From an uncultured Thermococci archaeon (GTDB lineage Archaea > Methanobacteriota_B > Thermococci > Methanofastidiosales > B48-G16): a DNA stretch of 64,000 bases. The translations under genes and the position numbers were made by a program. The notes below the pieces were generated by a model. It saw nothing but the letters and a program-made list of their open reading frames with translations, searched no databases and was not told where the DNA came from. Shown here one piece after another: positions 1 through 9,933 of this stretch (position 1 is its first letter; each line of letters opens with the position of its first letter). The stretch covers positions 32,001 to 96,000 of the forward strand of contig CAZQQT010000007.1 of assembly GCA_964595645.1 (NCBI GenBank), written 5' to 3'.

Positions 1-12
1 TCTTTAACCTGT

Positions 13-2532
13 TCACATCATTGATTTCACTGTATTCCAGTATATCTGTGCTACCCATTCTCTCCGTTCCGGTGATACCTCCTCAGAAGTAATGTATTTC
101 TTCAGTCGTCGTGCACAGCCTCGTTTCGTCTCGGTCACACTGGGGTGCGTGCTCGCGATACAGATATTCAGCTCATCCACCATCTCAGCGATGTACTCCC
201 CGTCGGAGATCGCCAGGATGCGCTCCCGTGCTTCGGGATCTTCTCTGTACTCCATCGCCGTACTTATTGCCAGCATGGAAACACAGTCAATGAGCCAGTC
301 ACCTCCCCTTTCTGCGATGGTGTAGCCGAGATCGGTACTGTGCTCATCGAGAAGATCAATTCGCATCTGTGGGAGGCCTGTGGGAGCATCTATCCAGAAA
401 CTGAGAAATCCAGAGGGGAAGGCGTTACTCCGCTCCAGTCCGATCCCTCCGAGTACTTCAGGTGCTGAAAATCCAGAAGGTCGTGTGATGACACTTCCTT
501 CATCCCATTGGGGCTGCTGCAGTCCGAAGAGAATCTCAATCCTGTAGACCTGCCCTTCCAGTTCCTCAGGAATATCAAAAGCAAGAAGAAGACCGCTTTC
601 ATCCTCGAAAAAAATAGACTCTGAGTGATACACAGTTTTTGTTACCTTTGTATGCTTGTTCTTATGGTCATCGTAGTACCCACGTGGTTTTCCTGGGTTG
701 TTGTTCTTCCACTCTTTCCATTTATCCTCATCTTTTTTCTTTGCTTTCTCGAAAGCGTCATCCCAGCTATCCTTATCCAGACCGTTGAGCTTGTCTGCGA
801 ACTCCTTCTCAAAATGGTCGTGTTCCTTTTTATTGGAGTCTGGATACGCGTATGAGTGGCTGTCCTCATCTGTCGCGGTGTAGACACCCTCCACATGCTC
901 CTCGATATTGGCCGCGACTCCTCCTGAGAAACACTGCATCATCTCAACGAAGATATGGATCCCTGCCTCATCGATGGACTTCAAGATGTCTGCAAACTCA
1001 TCGTCCCAGAGCACCTCGCCACCCCAGAGGGTGATACCCTCGTGAAATCCGACCTCATCGTCCTTGTCACCGTCGTTGTTCCAGTCGACACCTCCATCAT
1101 CCTTATCGATATCGCCATCACCATCGGTATCCTCTCCGATCTTGTCCCATCCTCCGTTGTTCTTTTTGTAGGCGACAAACTTCGATCCGTCCCATTCCAC
1201 CTTTGTATCGTTGGTACCGTCACCGTCGGTGTCCCATTCATTGGTCTCGTACTGCCACGGGCCAAGGTTATTCATTTCCCAGCCCATGTGATCCTTGTCA
1301 CCGTCGTTATCAACATCCTGTCCCGTCTCGTACTCTTCGACACGGCCGTCACCGTTGAGATCGCTGCCCTTCAGCACCCAGGTACCATTCTCCCGCTTGT
1401 ACAGCTGGAGCCTGTTCGTCTGTTTGTCCAGATGGACGAACCAGGCCTCTCCCTTGTTATTTACCCACTGTTGGCTCTCTCGATGTGCTTTCTTTCTGCA
1501 GTCGATCCGTATTTCTTTTTCCGGATACGTTTTTCCTATACTCTCCGAGGATCGTCCCCCGGTGTAGCCAGCGGCGGGATTATACCCTGCGCCGTGATCG
1601 GTGACAAATACTGCCAGCGTGGAACTCGGGGACATCTTATCTGGATATCCTCCCATAACCTCCTCAATTTTATCCTTCGTTGCCGGGTAATCCACGATAT
1701 TTTTTCCATCGAGGATGATTGGCTCGCCGTTGTTATAGAATACATCGATTTCGTCATCCGAAAGCCCAAGCTCTCGAAGTTTCTTGTATTTCGCTTTAAT
1801 ATCCTCCTCGTACCGCTCTTTTTGGTTGTTGTCATCGGCAGTGCCACAGATAATTGTTCCCCTGTCACCTCCGCTGTCTGAGCCTTCTCCATTCAGCGCA
1901 AATCCTAGTGATCCTTCTTGCACGATAGAGGATGGAAACAACATGCTTTTCCCTCCGTAGTCCTCTGTGAGCACATGGTATCGCTCTACGGTGATCAGTG
2001 GCGTGGGGTGGAGAGTAAATGTACCGTATGTGTCAGAAAAGTTCTTTACCTCGCCGTACACAAGAATCTCTGCACCGTCCATTGTATACGGAGGCAGTTC
2101 TCCATCGAGTCTAATAAACGAATGGGCAGGAAGTATTGTGTTCGCAAGAAGAGAGCTGTAATCCAGGACTAAAAATCCAACGCCATCATTGGTCGTTCTC
2201 TCGTCGCCGTACACCCCTAACGTCCAGGTTTTCGTTCCGAAATACTCATCGAGCATGAACGTGAGTCGAGGAACAGAGGTAATCTCTTCTAGGGTTAACG
2301 GTGGCAACTCCGTAGGTTTCGAAGGCTCCTCAGATTCTTCTTCCACGGCCGGTTGAGTCTGTTCGGGTTGTGCTGCTTTCTGTGGTGTTTCAGTCTGTCC
2401 AGGCTCCGCTGTTTTTTCGGGTGTGTCAGTGATTGTTGGTTCTATCGTTTCCGATGGTTCTCCTCCGATGCATCCTACGACAATTATTACAAGAAACAGT
2501 GGCATTATAAGATTAATGTATCTCTTTTGCAT
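13..2532 (-). CDS. Lipoprotein with a clan CD (C13/legumain-like) cysteine peptidase domain interrupted by DxDxDG Ca-binding repeats
   Basis: Lipobox VVGCIGG and a P/T/E-rich linker; legumain-type motifs RYEEDI, VDYPAT, VFVTDHG (His) and MMQCFSGG (Cys); five DxDxDG-like motifs. Confidence 0.7.
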   Translation of the reverse strand: MQKRYINLIMPLFLVIIVVGCIGGEPSETIEPTITDTPEKTAEPGQTETPQKAAQPEQTQPAVEEESEEPSKPTELPPLTLEEITSVPRLTFMLDEYFGTKTWTLGVYGDERTTNDGVGFLVLDYSSLLANTILPAHSFIRLDGELPPYTMDGAEILVYGEVKNFSDTYGTFTLHPTPLITVERYHVLTEDYGGKSMLFPSSIVQEGSLGFALNGEGSDSGGDRGTIICGTADDNNQKERYEEDIKAKYKKLRELGLSDDEIDVFYNNGEPIILDGKNIVDYPATKDKIEEVMGGYPDKMSPSSTLAVFVTDHGAGYNPAAGYTGGRSSESIGKTYPEKEIRIDCRKKAHRESQQWVNNKGEAWFVHLDKQTNRLQLYKRENGTWVLKGSDLNGDGRVEEYETGQDVDNDGDKDHMGWEMNNLGPWQYETNEWDTDGDGTNDTKVEWDGSKFVAYKKNNGGWDKIGEDTDGDGDIDKDDGGVDWNNDGDKDDEVGFHEGITLWGGEVLWDDEFADILKSIDEAGIHIFVEMMQCFSGGVAANIEEHVEGVYTATDEDSHSYAYPDSNKKEHDHFEKEFADKLNGLDKDSWDDAFEKAKKKDEDKWKEWKNNNPGKPRGYYDDHKNKHTKVTKTVYHSESIFFEDESGLLLAFDIPEELEGQVYRIEILFGLQQPQWDEGSVITRPSGFSAPEVLGGIGLERSNAFPSGFLSFWIDAPTGLPQMRIDLLDEHSTDLGYTIAERGGDWLIDCVSMLAISTAMEYREDPEARERILAISDGEYIAEMVDELNICIASTHPSVTETKRGCARRLKKYITSEEVSPERREWVAQIYWNTVKSMM

Positions 2533-2709
2533 TTAACCACTTTTATAGCCAATTATTTCTATATTTAACTTGCGTATATTTATACTTTTCTGTTTCTAAA
2601 AATATAAAAATCTGCAAACACTCTTTGTAAAATATAAGGGGAAATAATAACCGAAGAAGTATCAAATTCTCCCAAAAGATGTTTTGGCCCAAAAATGGGA
2701 GAGAAAGGC

Positions 2710-2904
2710 CTACATAACGAGTGTTAACGTGAAAATACTCCTAAAAAGTAAATGATAATTTTTTATTCTTTCAAAAATCTTCTCAGAAGTACAGATACTA
2801 TCAGAAGCGAAACTGTGTAACTTGCAAGGTACCCTATGAAGTTCTGAGTGAGGTATAACGGTAGTGTCGCCAAAGTACTTGTAGATCGCTGTTACCTCGA
2901 TCAT
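2710..2904 (-). pseudogene. Possible N-terminal remnant of an ABC ATPase
   Basis: MIEVTAIYKYFGDTT resembles an ABC ATPase start with a GGTGA-type RBS upstream; no Walker A follows. Confidence 0.35.
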
Positions 2905-2970
2905 CCACTCACCGTACGCAAATGAGATGGTATGTTTATAAAATCTATTGGCTATATAAAAAAGAGTTAG

Positions 2971-4410
2971 TTAAGCTGCCTTCTTTAACCTCACATCAAA
3001 CCGTGCACCACCCATCCCGGAATCCTTAACCTCAATGCTCCCACCATACTTCTCAGCTATGTCCTTCGCAATGTACGTCCCTAAGCCGGATCCGGATTTC
3101 TCACCTTTTTTGAACCCTTGTTCAAATATCTTCTCTTTCATCTCATCAGATATTCCCTTCCCGTCATCTTCCACAGTGATAATACAACAATCTCCTTTGC
3201 TCTTCGTGCTTACTCTTATTTTATGACAGACGGCATGTGTTATCGCGTTTTCGATCAAGTTAGAAAAGAGCTCATCTAACAAACTCCCTCCTTTGACTGT
3301 ACATGGTAAAATTTGCACTTCAATCTCGATATCCTGGTCATGCAATCGATCAACGTGCTTCGAGACAACACTCTCTACCACACGGCGTATCTCAACTGCC
3401 CCTATTTCTTCTTGTGCCTCAATTTTACGCAGTGTGCTCACTTTTTCTATTATCTCTACAGCAGCGTTGATAGCCTTCGATATCTTTTCATGATATGTTT
3501 TTTCATTATCTGATTCTTTCTCCATTAGCTGTACGTATCCTTTCGCGACCTGCAGTTTGTTCTTCACATCGTGACGTAAAATAGAATGTAAGAATTCTTC
3601 TCTTTTTTCTGCTTGTTTGCGACGTTCAAGTTCCCTATTCGCTTTTTGAAGTTCACTACGCACCTCTTCCACCTTTCTGAGGATAGCTAAGACGGGGCGA
3701 TTTTCGATCCTCACTCCTCTCTTACGACTCTGCCAATTGAGATAAAAATACAGAAAGGGGAAGGCAAACACCGACAGAACGAGACGACTCAGTAACGTAC
3801 CTTGCATAATACTCAGATAGTTGGGAGTCCCGAAAAATGCGCCTGTGTTGAACAACGCGACGTCAAGCACCATAACTCCCAGAAGTGTCAGATACGCTCT
3901 AAGCCATGTTGTGATTTTTAGTTTCGGTTTGCCCAGCACCTCCCACATCATCGCCAAGAAAACGAGATCGATGATGGTCGTGAGTACAGATGCCGTGTTA
4001 ATACGTAAACTGGGGGTTGGAATATAGTTAAGAAGTGCACTACTCGAAAGATCCATCTGTAGGTGTAACGCTGCCGCGATGATAGGAACGAGAGCAGAGA
4101 TTCCAGCGACTGTGAGAATTGCACACTGCGTTGATCGCGGTCCATCAAACACGTACACGACAAAGACCCCAAGCAGAAGTGCGGTGTAGAACACGGTGGA
4201 ACCTACCATGAACGTAATGCCAGCTACTTCCACTTGCACACCGGCATCAGTCGTCCAGGACATAATCGCTGTAATACCACCCAATAGCGCATAGAAAGGT
4301 CCTAACCCAGCACGGTGACGGAGTGAATGAACCCATAGAAACAATAAATAAACTGAAATAGCCTCGATGATCAGGATAATAAGAGCGATATTCAAAAGGA
4401 TCCCTCCCAA
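2971..4410 (-). CDS. Sensor histidine kinase with a Vut_1/YhhQ-like membrane domain
   Basis: Multi-TM N-terminus with LRINTAS and WLR...LDVALF..GAFFG; H-box LRHDVKN; N-box NLIENA; DDGKG; GSGLG. Confidence 0.8.
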   Translation of the reverse strand: MGGILLNIALIILIIEAISVYLLFLWVHSLRHRAGLGPFYALLGGITAIMSWTTDAGVQVEVAGITFMVGSTVFYTALLLGVFVVYVFDGPRSTQCAILTVAGISALVPIIAAALHLQMDLSSSALLNYIPTPSLRINTASVLTTIIDLVFLAMMWEVLGKPKLKITTWLRAYLTLLGVMVLDVALFNTGAFFGTPNYLSIMQGTLLSRLVLSVFAFPFLYFYLNWQSRKRGVRIENRPVLAILRKVEEVRSELQKANRELERRKQAEKREEFLHSILRHDVKNKLQVAKGYVQLMEKESDNEKTYHEKISKAINAAVEIIEKVSTLRKIEAQEEIGAVEIRRVVESVVSKHVDRLHDQDIEIEVQILPCTVKGGSLLDELFSNLIENAITHAVCHKIRVSTKSKGDCCIITVEDDGKGISDEMKEKIFEQGFKKGEKSGSGLGTYIAKDIAEKYGGSIEVKDSGMGGARFDVRLKKAA

Positions 4411-4548
4411 TATCTATGATAATAACTTCTACCAAAATAGACAGATACCATACACGTATTCATCTTTAAATTTTCTATCTCACTATCAACGACGTTTGTA
4501 GTAGGTTCTCTTTCTTTTGGGAGATTTTCTTCTTCGTACATTATCCAT

Positions 4549-4890
4549 TCACCCATACCGTTCCACTTCCTCCACCATCTCGTCGAGATCGAAGGGTTTG
4601 TGGAGGAATCCTACGGCCCCTTTCTCCAGCGCCTCCTCCCTGATGGTAGGATCCGCACTGGCGAACAGGATCTTCACATCGTCCATGGCCCAGATCTCCT
4701 CGGCAACCTGGATTCCATCCTTCCCGTGCATCCGGTAGTCCATGACCACGAGATCGTACTCGTGTGCTGCCACCATCTCCAGGCCCGTCTCCCCGTCGAT
4801 GGCGATGTCCACCGCGTGGCCCACGGACTCGAGGATATCCTTGAAGAGGGTGAGTACCTCCATCTCGTCGTCGATAATGAGGATTCTCAT
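4549..4890 (-). CDS. Single-domain response regulator (CheY-like)
   Basis: LIIDDE, VVMDYRMH, KPF motifs; ATGA overlap with the upstream kinase. Confidence 0.95.
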   Translation of the reverse strand: MRILIIDDEMEVLTLFKDILESVGHAVDIAIDGETGLEMVAAHEYDLVVMDYRMHGKDGIQVAEEIWAMDDVKILFASADPTIREEALEKGAVGFLHKPFDLDEMVEEVERYG

Positions 4891-6986
4891 TCACTCACCG
4901 TCGGGATACTGAGGATGACCTCAGTTCCATTCTCGTGGGAGTGGATATCGAGCTCTCCGCCGTAGTGATCGAGGATCTTCTTCACGAGGTAGAGCCCCAT
5001 GCCCGTGCGTTTGGAGAGGGTCTCGAGGTTCTCGAGGATATCGGTTCGTTTCTGCTCCGAGATGCCGATGCCGTAATCACGGATGTTGATATCGTACATT
5101 CCATCTCTCTTCTTCACGGAAATGTCAATCCGTACCGGTTCGTGAAATGTATACTCCACAGCGTTCTCAAGCACGCTAAAAAGTACCTCGTCGAGGTAGA
5201 CGTTGGCATTCACTTCGGGCTCATCCACCTTCACATTGATCTCGAGTTCCCGATCAAAATGCTCATGGACTCGTTCGATGGATCGTTCCAGCACATCATC
5301 GAGGCGTATTCTCTCTGTAGGTTTCTCTTTGATATTTTTCAGTATCTGAATGCTTTCTGCCAGTCGTTTTGCCTTCATGACCGCTTTTTTTGCATTCTCT
5401 ACATTCTTTTCTATGGTTTCTTTATCTTCCGCTTCCCTGAGAAGATGAAGGTACCCGAGCATGACCTGATTGAGGTTCCCCATATCATGAGCGAGGACAT
5501 CTGCGTAGAACTCCGCTTCCTCTCGTGCCTTTTTTCGTTCCGTAATGTCCATAATATTCCCAATCACTCGTACTATCTGACCATCTTTTATTATCGCTTG
5601 ACTAATTGTCCGTACCCACATGTCACGACCCTGGGCATTCTGGAACCGTACCTCGAGATCATAACCTTCTCCGGTATCTAATAAATGCTCAAAGGCATTC
5701 TTAACCTTGGAACGATCTTCGGGATGATAACATTTCAAACTTTCTTCGATATTATCTATTGAACCAGCTACAGGAAAGCCATGGATGCGGTAAACTTCAT
5801 CGGTCCATACCATAGTTTTGGTCTTCAGATCGTACTCCCATCCCCCTATCTTGGATATCTTCTGGGTCCGTTTGAGCAGATCGCGATTCTTTTGTAGCTC
5901 CTGTTCAGCCTTTTTTCGCTCGGTGATATCCATTCCAGAACTTAATGTTCCTATAATTTCCCTCTGTTCATCTTTTAGAATGGAATTGTGCCATACAATA
6001 ATTTTCTCCTTGCCGTTTTTAGTTAGAACTGGATTTTCGAAATATTCAAAACCATCAGTAATGTTGGTGATAATTTCTTGAAAAACATTCCAAATTTCTT
6101 CTCTTTCCCGTTCAGGGATAAAATTTTCAAACCAGTTCTTCCCGATAATCTCTTCCTTGTCGTACCCCAGAACTTCGGATGCTTTCCTATTGGCCTGTAT
6201 AACGTTGCCATTCCGATCTATAACTACCATCATTACCTCTGCAGTTTCCAGATAGTTCTGTGCTCTATCCCTCTCCCTCGTTAATTTTCTTTTGGCCTCC
6301 TTTTCTCTCCGTTTCATCTGCGTTCGTCGAATTATTTCTTTCTTCATTTTTTCACAGTGTTCCCACGTCACCTTTCCTCTCAATTTGGCAGTAAAGAGGG
6401 AAGGAGGCATGTAGTATGGGTTCCAATGTAGGTCATCGTAAATAATCACATAAGGGTGTGTTCGGATCACGTCCACCAGTATCTCAGGTGAGAACTTCTT
6501 CTCATTGTACTGACAAAGCGCTACAACTTTACTGTCAGGAAGAAACTCATTAAGTTTAGACTCATACTCCATCAGCCTTTCAACTCCGGGCATATCGCTA
6601 AAGAACCACGTCATCTCACCGGTTAGTCTCAGCCCGGCATACCCCTCCTCTAATGCTTCATTCTGGGCATTTTCCAGTAACCTAATCATTTTATGAGGAT
6701 CAAAATAACCGTTCTTTAGATAAGACTCGCTTTTAGTCATGAACACAAACTGATCTGATTTCCTCCATTCTTCCACATTAAATCCTTCACGCTTAAATGC
6801 GTCCACAATCTCCTCTTTAGTCCTATCATCGACGATATAAAGACATTTCTCGTTTTTCTTTATACCCAAAGACATGAACAACGAGAGTATGGAGAGTTGT
6901 TCCTCTTTATTTCTATAGATATTGCACATGTGGCTGCCTAAATCCTGTTTTTCAAACTCTTTTCGCAGCTCCTCACTAACTTCCAT
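4887..6986 (-). CDS. MEDS-PAS-PAS histidine kinase
   Basis: MEDS (SHMCNIY, LRLTGEM, ALCQY, IRTHP); two PAS/PAC units (DITERKKA x2); AHDMGN; ENAVEY; DYGIG; TGMGL. Confidence 0.9.
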   Translation of the reverse strand: MEVSEELRKEFEKQDLGSHMCNIYRNKEEQLSILSLFMSLGIKKNEKCLYIVDDRTKEEIVDAFKREGFNVEEWRKSDQFVFMTKSESYLKNGYFDPHKMIRLLENAQNEALEEGYAGLRLTGEMTWFFSDMPGVERLMEYESKLNEFLPDSKVVALCQYNEKKFSPEILVDVIRTHPYVIIYDDLHWNPYYMPPSLFTAKLRGKVTWEHCEKMKKEIIRRTQMKRREKEAKRKLTRERDRAQNYLETAEVMMVVIDRNGNVIQANRKASEVLGYDKEEIIGKNWFENFIPEREREEIWNVFQEIITNITDGFEYFENPVLTKNGKEKIIVWHNSILKDEQREIIGTLSSGMDITERKKAEQELQKNRDLLKRTQKISKIGGWEYDLKTKTMVWTDEVYRIHGFPVAGSIDNIEESLKCYHPEDRSKVKNAFEHLLDTGEGYDLEVRFQNAQGRDMWVRTISQAIIKDGQIVRVIGNIMDITERKKAREEAEFYADVLAHDMGNLNQVMLGYLHLLREAEDKETIEKNVENAKKAVMKAKRLAESIQILKNIKEKPTERIRLDDVLERSIERVHEHFDRELEINVKVDEPEVNANVYLDEVLFSVLENAVEYTFHEPVRIDISVKKRDGMYDINIRDYGIGISEQKRTDILENLETLSKRTGMGLYLVKKILDHYGGELDIHSHENGTEVILSIPTVSE

Positions 6987-7224
6987 GATTCACCTCTTCT
7001 CCGTAAATAGTGGTAGCATAATAATAATTATTACGAAGTATACCTTTAAAATTCTTTTGGTAGTGTCCTCTCTACAGTATGCCGCATTTAATTGAGAAAA
7101 TGATCTTAGAGACATTTTTTAAACTTAAAGAATTTCGATTTGAAAAATATCACCTTTGAATTCATGCTATTTTTGAAGCAAGATGATTCGTAATGTTTTA
7201 GTATATAGATGTAGTAGTTTTCTC

Positions 7225-7710
7225 ATGTTACGAGAATTCTTACTGCACTTTATTCCCGCACGGATAAAGTGGAAAAAATCTGTGAGCGGTATCGGCGAGA
7301 TGTATGAGGAAATTCTCAATACGCTCGTAGAGAAGCATGGAAACGAAGCGGTGAAGGATCTCGCAGAGGCGATGTACGCAATTGGATCCCGCCAGGGAAA
7401 GGAGATTCAGCAGACAATACGGGTAAAGGACAACGCCTACGGCTGTGCGCTGGCATTGCTGACCATGCATAGAATCTTCGATATAAAAAGTAAAATTGTT
7501 GAAAAAAATGAGAAAAGAGCGGTAATTCATATCGCTGAATGTCCATGGAAGGAGAAAGAGGGATGGAGCTCGAAATGCTGTATGTCACTGGCAGCCTACG
7601 AGCGGGGCGTGGTGGAGAGCATCAACCCGCAGATCGCCCACCGATATACAAAGACACGATCGCTTGACGCTCCCTTCTGCGAGATTATCGTGGAACGGAG
7701 GGATTTATAA
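7225..7710 (+). CDS. V4R/ATC-hydrolase-like small-ligand-binding protein
   Basis: ECPW, CC and PFCE cysteine pattern; start chosen at MLREF. Confidence 0.55.
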   Translation: MLREFLLHFIPARIKWKKSVSGIGEMYEEILNTLVEKHGNEAVKDLAEAMYAIGSRQGKEIQQTIRVKDNAYGCALALLTMHRIFDIKSKIVEKNEKRAVIHIAECPWKEKEGWSSKCCMSLAAYERGVVESINPQIAHRYTKTRSLDAPFCEIIVERRDL

Positions 7711-7732
7711 ATCGTTGAAGAAAAATTTTAGT

Positions 7733-8065
7733 ATGAGGACGATCGAGCTCGGAGCCACCGGAGAGAAGATACCCTTAATGGGACAGGGAGCCTGGGGCAT
7801 CAAGACGTGGGGATCGCAGGAACACTGCGAACAGTGGAAACGTTCTCTCCGACGAGGAATTGAACTCGGAATGACACATATCGATACCGCCGATGCCCAC
7901 GACGCAACGATCCAACAGATTGCCATCGCCTGGCTCATCAACCACGAGAACGTGATCACGATCCCGAAGGCGTTTCACGTCGAGCATGTGGAGGCCAACG
8001 CTGAAGCTGCAGATATCACTCTTTCCAAAAAGGAAATGGAGCTCCTGAACACTGTTTCAACATGA
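7733..8065 (+). pseudogene. Aldo/keto reductase with a large in-frame internal deletion
   Basis: AKR N-terminus (GQGAWG, GMTHIDTA) joined directly to the C-terminus (QIAIAWL, TIPKA, HVEANA); 110 aa versus roughly 280 typical. Confidence 0.85.
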
Positions 8066-8142
8066 CAAGATAGTAATAAAAAATGTGTGAATATCTGTAG
8101 AGGCATCCGAAATCTTTTAAGTGAAATTTCCAAAGTGTTGGT

Positions 8143-8625
8143 ATGGTAGATGAAGAGGAGAAGTACAAAAAAAGAGCAGAGGCTGTCACCGATACGCTCA
8201 ACGAGTTCGTCCGTTCCGTGAACATCTTCAGTAGAAGCTATTTTAACAATGACATTATCGCCCAGAAAATCTTCATAGAAGCCATCCGGTTCGGAATCGA
8301 GAAGGCGAAGATCCCCCTTCCTGAAGCAGACACACCGCTTGGTGCATGTGAGTCGTACATCGAGGTTCTCGATAAGGTAGGACTTATGCCAGAGGATCAG
8401 TTTAAGCTCAAAAAAGAAGGCGATGCAATTACATGCAGAATCAAGCCTCCCTGCCTGTACTCCGCCGGCTGTGCCTACACGGATGAGGAAGGTGTGACCC
8501 CTACCTGCATCCGAGGGCTGGTATTTCACGTGATGATTAAGGATACTGTGGATGAAAACTACCGTCTGAAGGTAAAGGAATTCAATCCAGAAGAAGGGTG
8601 CATTGTCGAGCTGTCACCAGTATAA
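8143..8625 (+). CDS. Hypothetical protein, possibly V4R-like
   Basis: Intact ORF with spaced Cys (PCLY..GC, TCIRG, GCIV). Confidence 0.5.
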   Translation: MVDEEEKYKKRAEAVTDTLNEFVRSVNIFSRSYFNNDIIAQKIFIEAIRFGIEKAKIPLPEADTPLGACESYIEVLDKVGLMPEDQFKLKKEGDAITCRIKPPCLYSAGCAYTDEEGVTPTCIRGLVFHVMIKDTVDENYRLKVKEFNPEEGCIVELSPV

Positions 8626-8653
8626 AAAAAGATAAGAAATAAAAAAAGATAGA

Positions 8654-9832
8654 TTATTTTAATCTAGATTTAATGACCTTTGCCAGTCGTTTCACTCCTT
8701 CCTCTATATCCTCATCGCTCGGGTAGGAGAAGTTAATTCTCATTGTATTCTTTCCACCCATGAAGGCGGAACCGATGACATAGGCAACGTTCTGTTCGAT
8801 GGCATCCTCAAACATCTCCTTGGTATCGATATACTCCGGAAGCGTCACCCAAAGGAACAGTCCTCCACCCGGCTCCGTCCAAGAGACCTCCTTCGGGAAG
8901 TACTTCTCCATGGCACTAATCATGAGATCCCGCTTCCGCTTGTACATTGTTCGGATGCGTTTGAGGTTCTCCTCGAGATATCCTCGCTTGCAGTACTGAT
9001 ACGTGATCCGCTGAGCGAGGACGTTGGTACAAAGATCTGTCGACTGTTTGGCTATCGTGATTTTCCGGATAATATCCTCAGGACCGCATATCCACGCAGT
9101 TCTCAATCCGGGCGAAAACAGCTTTGAGAACGTTCCCAGATAAAGTACATTCTCCTGTGAGTACGCGATCACCGGTTTCGGCGGCTCGCCGCTGAAGGCA
9201 AGTGCGGAGTAGGGGTTGTCCTCCACCACCGGAACATCGTACTTCAGTGATATCTCCACTAGCTTCTTTCGTTTCTCCTCGGACATGCAGATTCCTGCAG
9301 GGTTTTGGAACGTGGAAACGCAGTAGATAAATTTCGGCTTTTTCTCTGATTTCAGTCGCTTTTCTAAGGCATCAAGATCCATTCCATCTTCCTGTAAGGG
9401 AACAGTCTCTATATCGGCCTGATACGCTCTGAATGCTCCCAGTCCTCCAAGGTAGGATGGTGACTCGGTAATAACGATATCCCCTTTCTCGAGGAAGACT
9501 TTGCTCACAAGATCAAGCCCCTGTTGCGAACCGGAGGTGATGAGAAAATTGTCGGGAGAGGAATCGTAACCCCGTCCTGTCATCCAGTCCGCTAAATACT
9601 CTCTGAGCTTCGTGTACCCCTCGGTTGTTCCATACTGAAGCGCTTTCTCAGCTTCATGATCCATTACGTAGTCCACGCACTCTTTTATTCTCTTGACATC
9701 GTACGATTTTGGATTCGGCAATCCACCGGCAAAAGAGATGATCTCTGGTTTTTGTGTCAGTTTCAGCAGCTCACGGATCTCAGACGCTGTGAGACCCTGT
9801 GCTCGCTCTGAGTAGAATTTCTCCCAATCCAT
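8654..9832 (-). CDS. PLP-dependent aminotransferase class I/II (LysN/aromatic type)
   Basis: ISFAGGLP, TSGSQQGLD, FQNPAG, EDNPY, GTFSK, PGLR. Confidence 0.95.
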   Translation of the reverse strand: MDWEKFYSERAQGLTASEIRELLKLTQKPEIISFAGGLPNPKSYDVKRIKECVDYVMDHEAEKALQYGTTEGYTKLREYLADWMTGRGYDSSPDNFLITSGSQQGLDLVSKVFLEKGDIVITESPSYLGGLGAFRAYQADIETVPLQEDGMDLDALEKRLKSEKKPKFIYCVSTFQNPAGICMSEEKRKKLVEISLKYDVPVVEDNPYSALAFSGEPPKPVIAYSQENVLYLGTFSKLFSPGLRTAWICGPEDIIRKITIAKQSTDLCTNVLAQRITYQYCKRGYLEENLKRIRTMYKRKRDLMISAMEKYFPKEVSWTEPGGGLFLWVTLPEYIDTKEMFEDAIEQNVAYVIGSAFMGGKNTMRINFSYPSDEDIEEGVKRLAKVIKSRLK

Positions 9833-9933
9833 GTAGACACCAATCGATCTCTGAATATGAATATAAAAATGTTATGTTAATTATAACACCTTTATACCGA
9901 TAACTTTTTAAATTTCTTTCCCAAATAAGATTT

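Noticed and set aside
955-1881. Long opposite-strand ORFs (for example 955-1881, 4935-5681, 22792-23616)
   Set aside because: They are antisense shadows of well-supported genes and carry no motifs of their own
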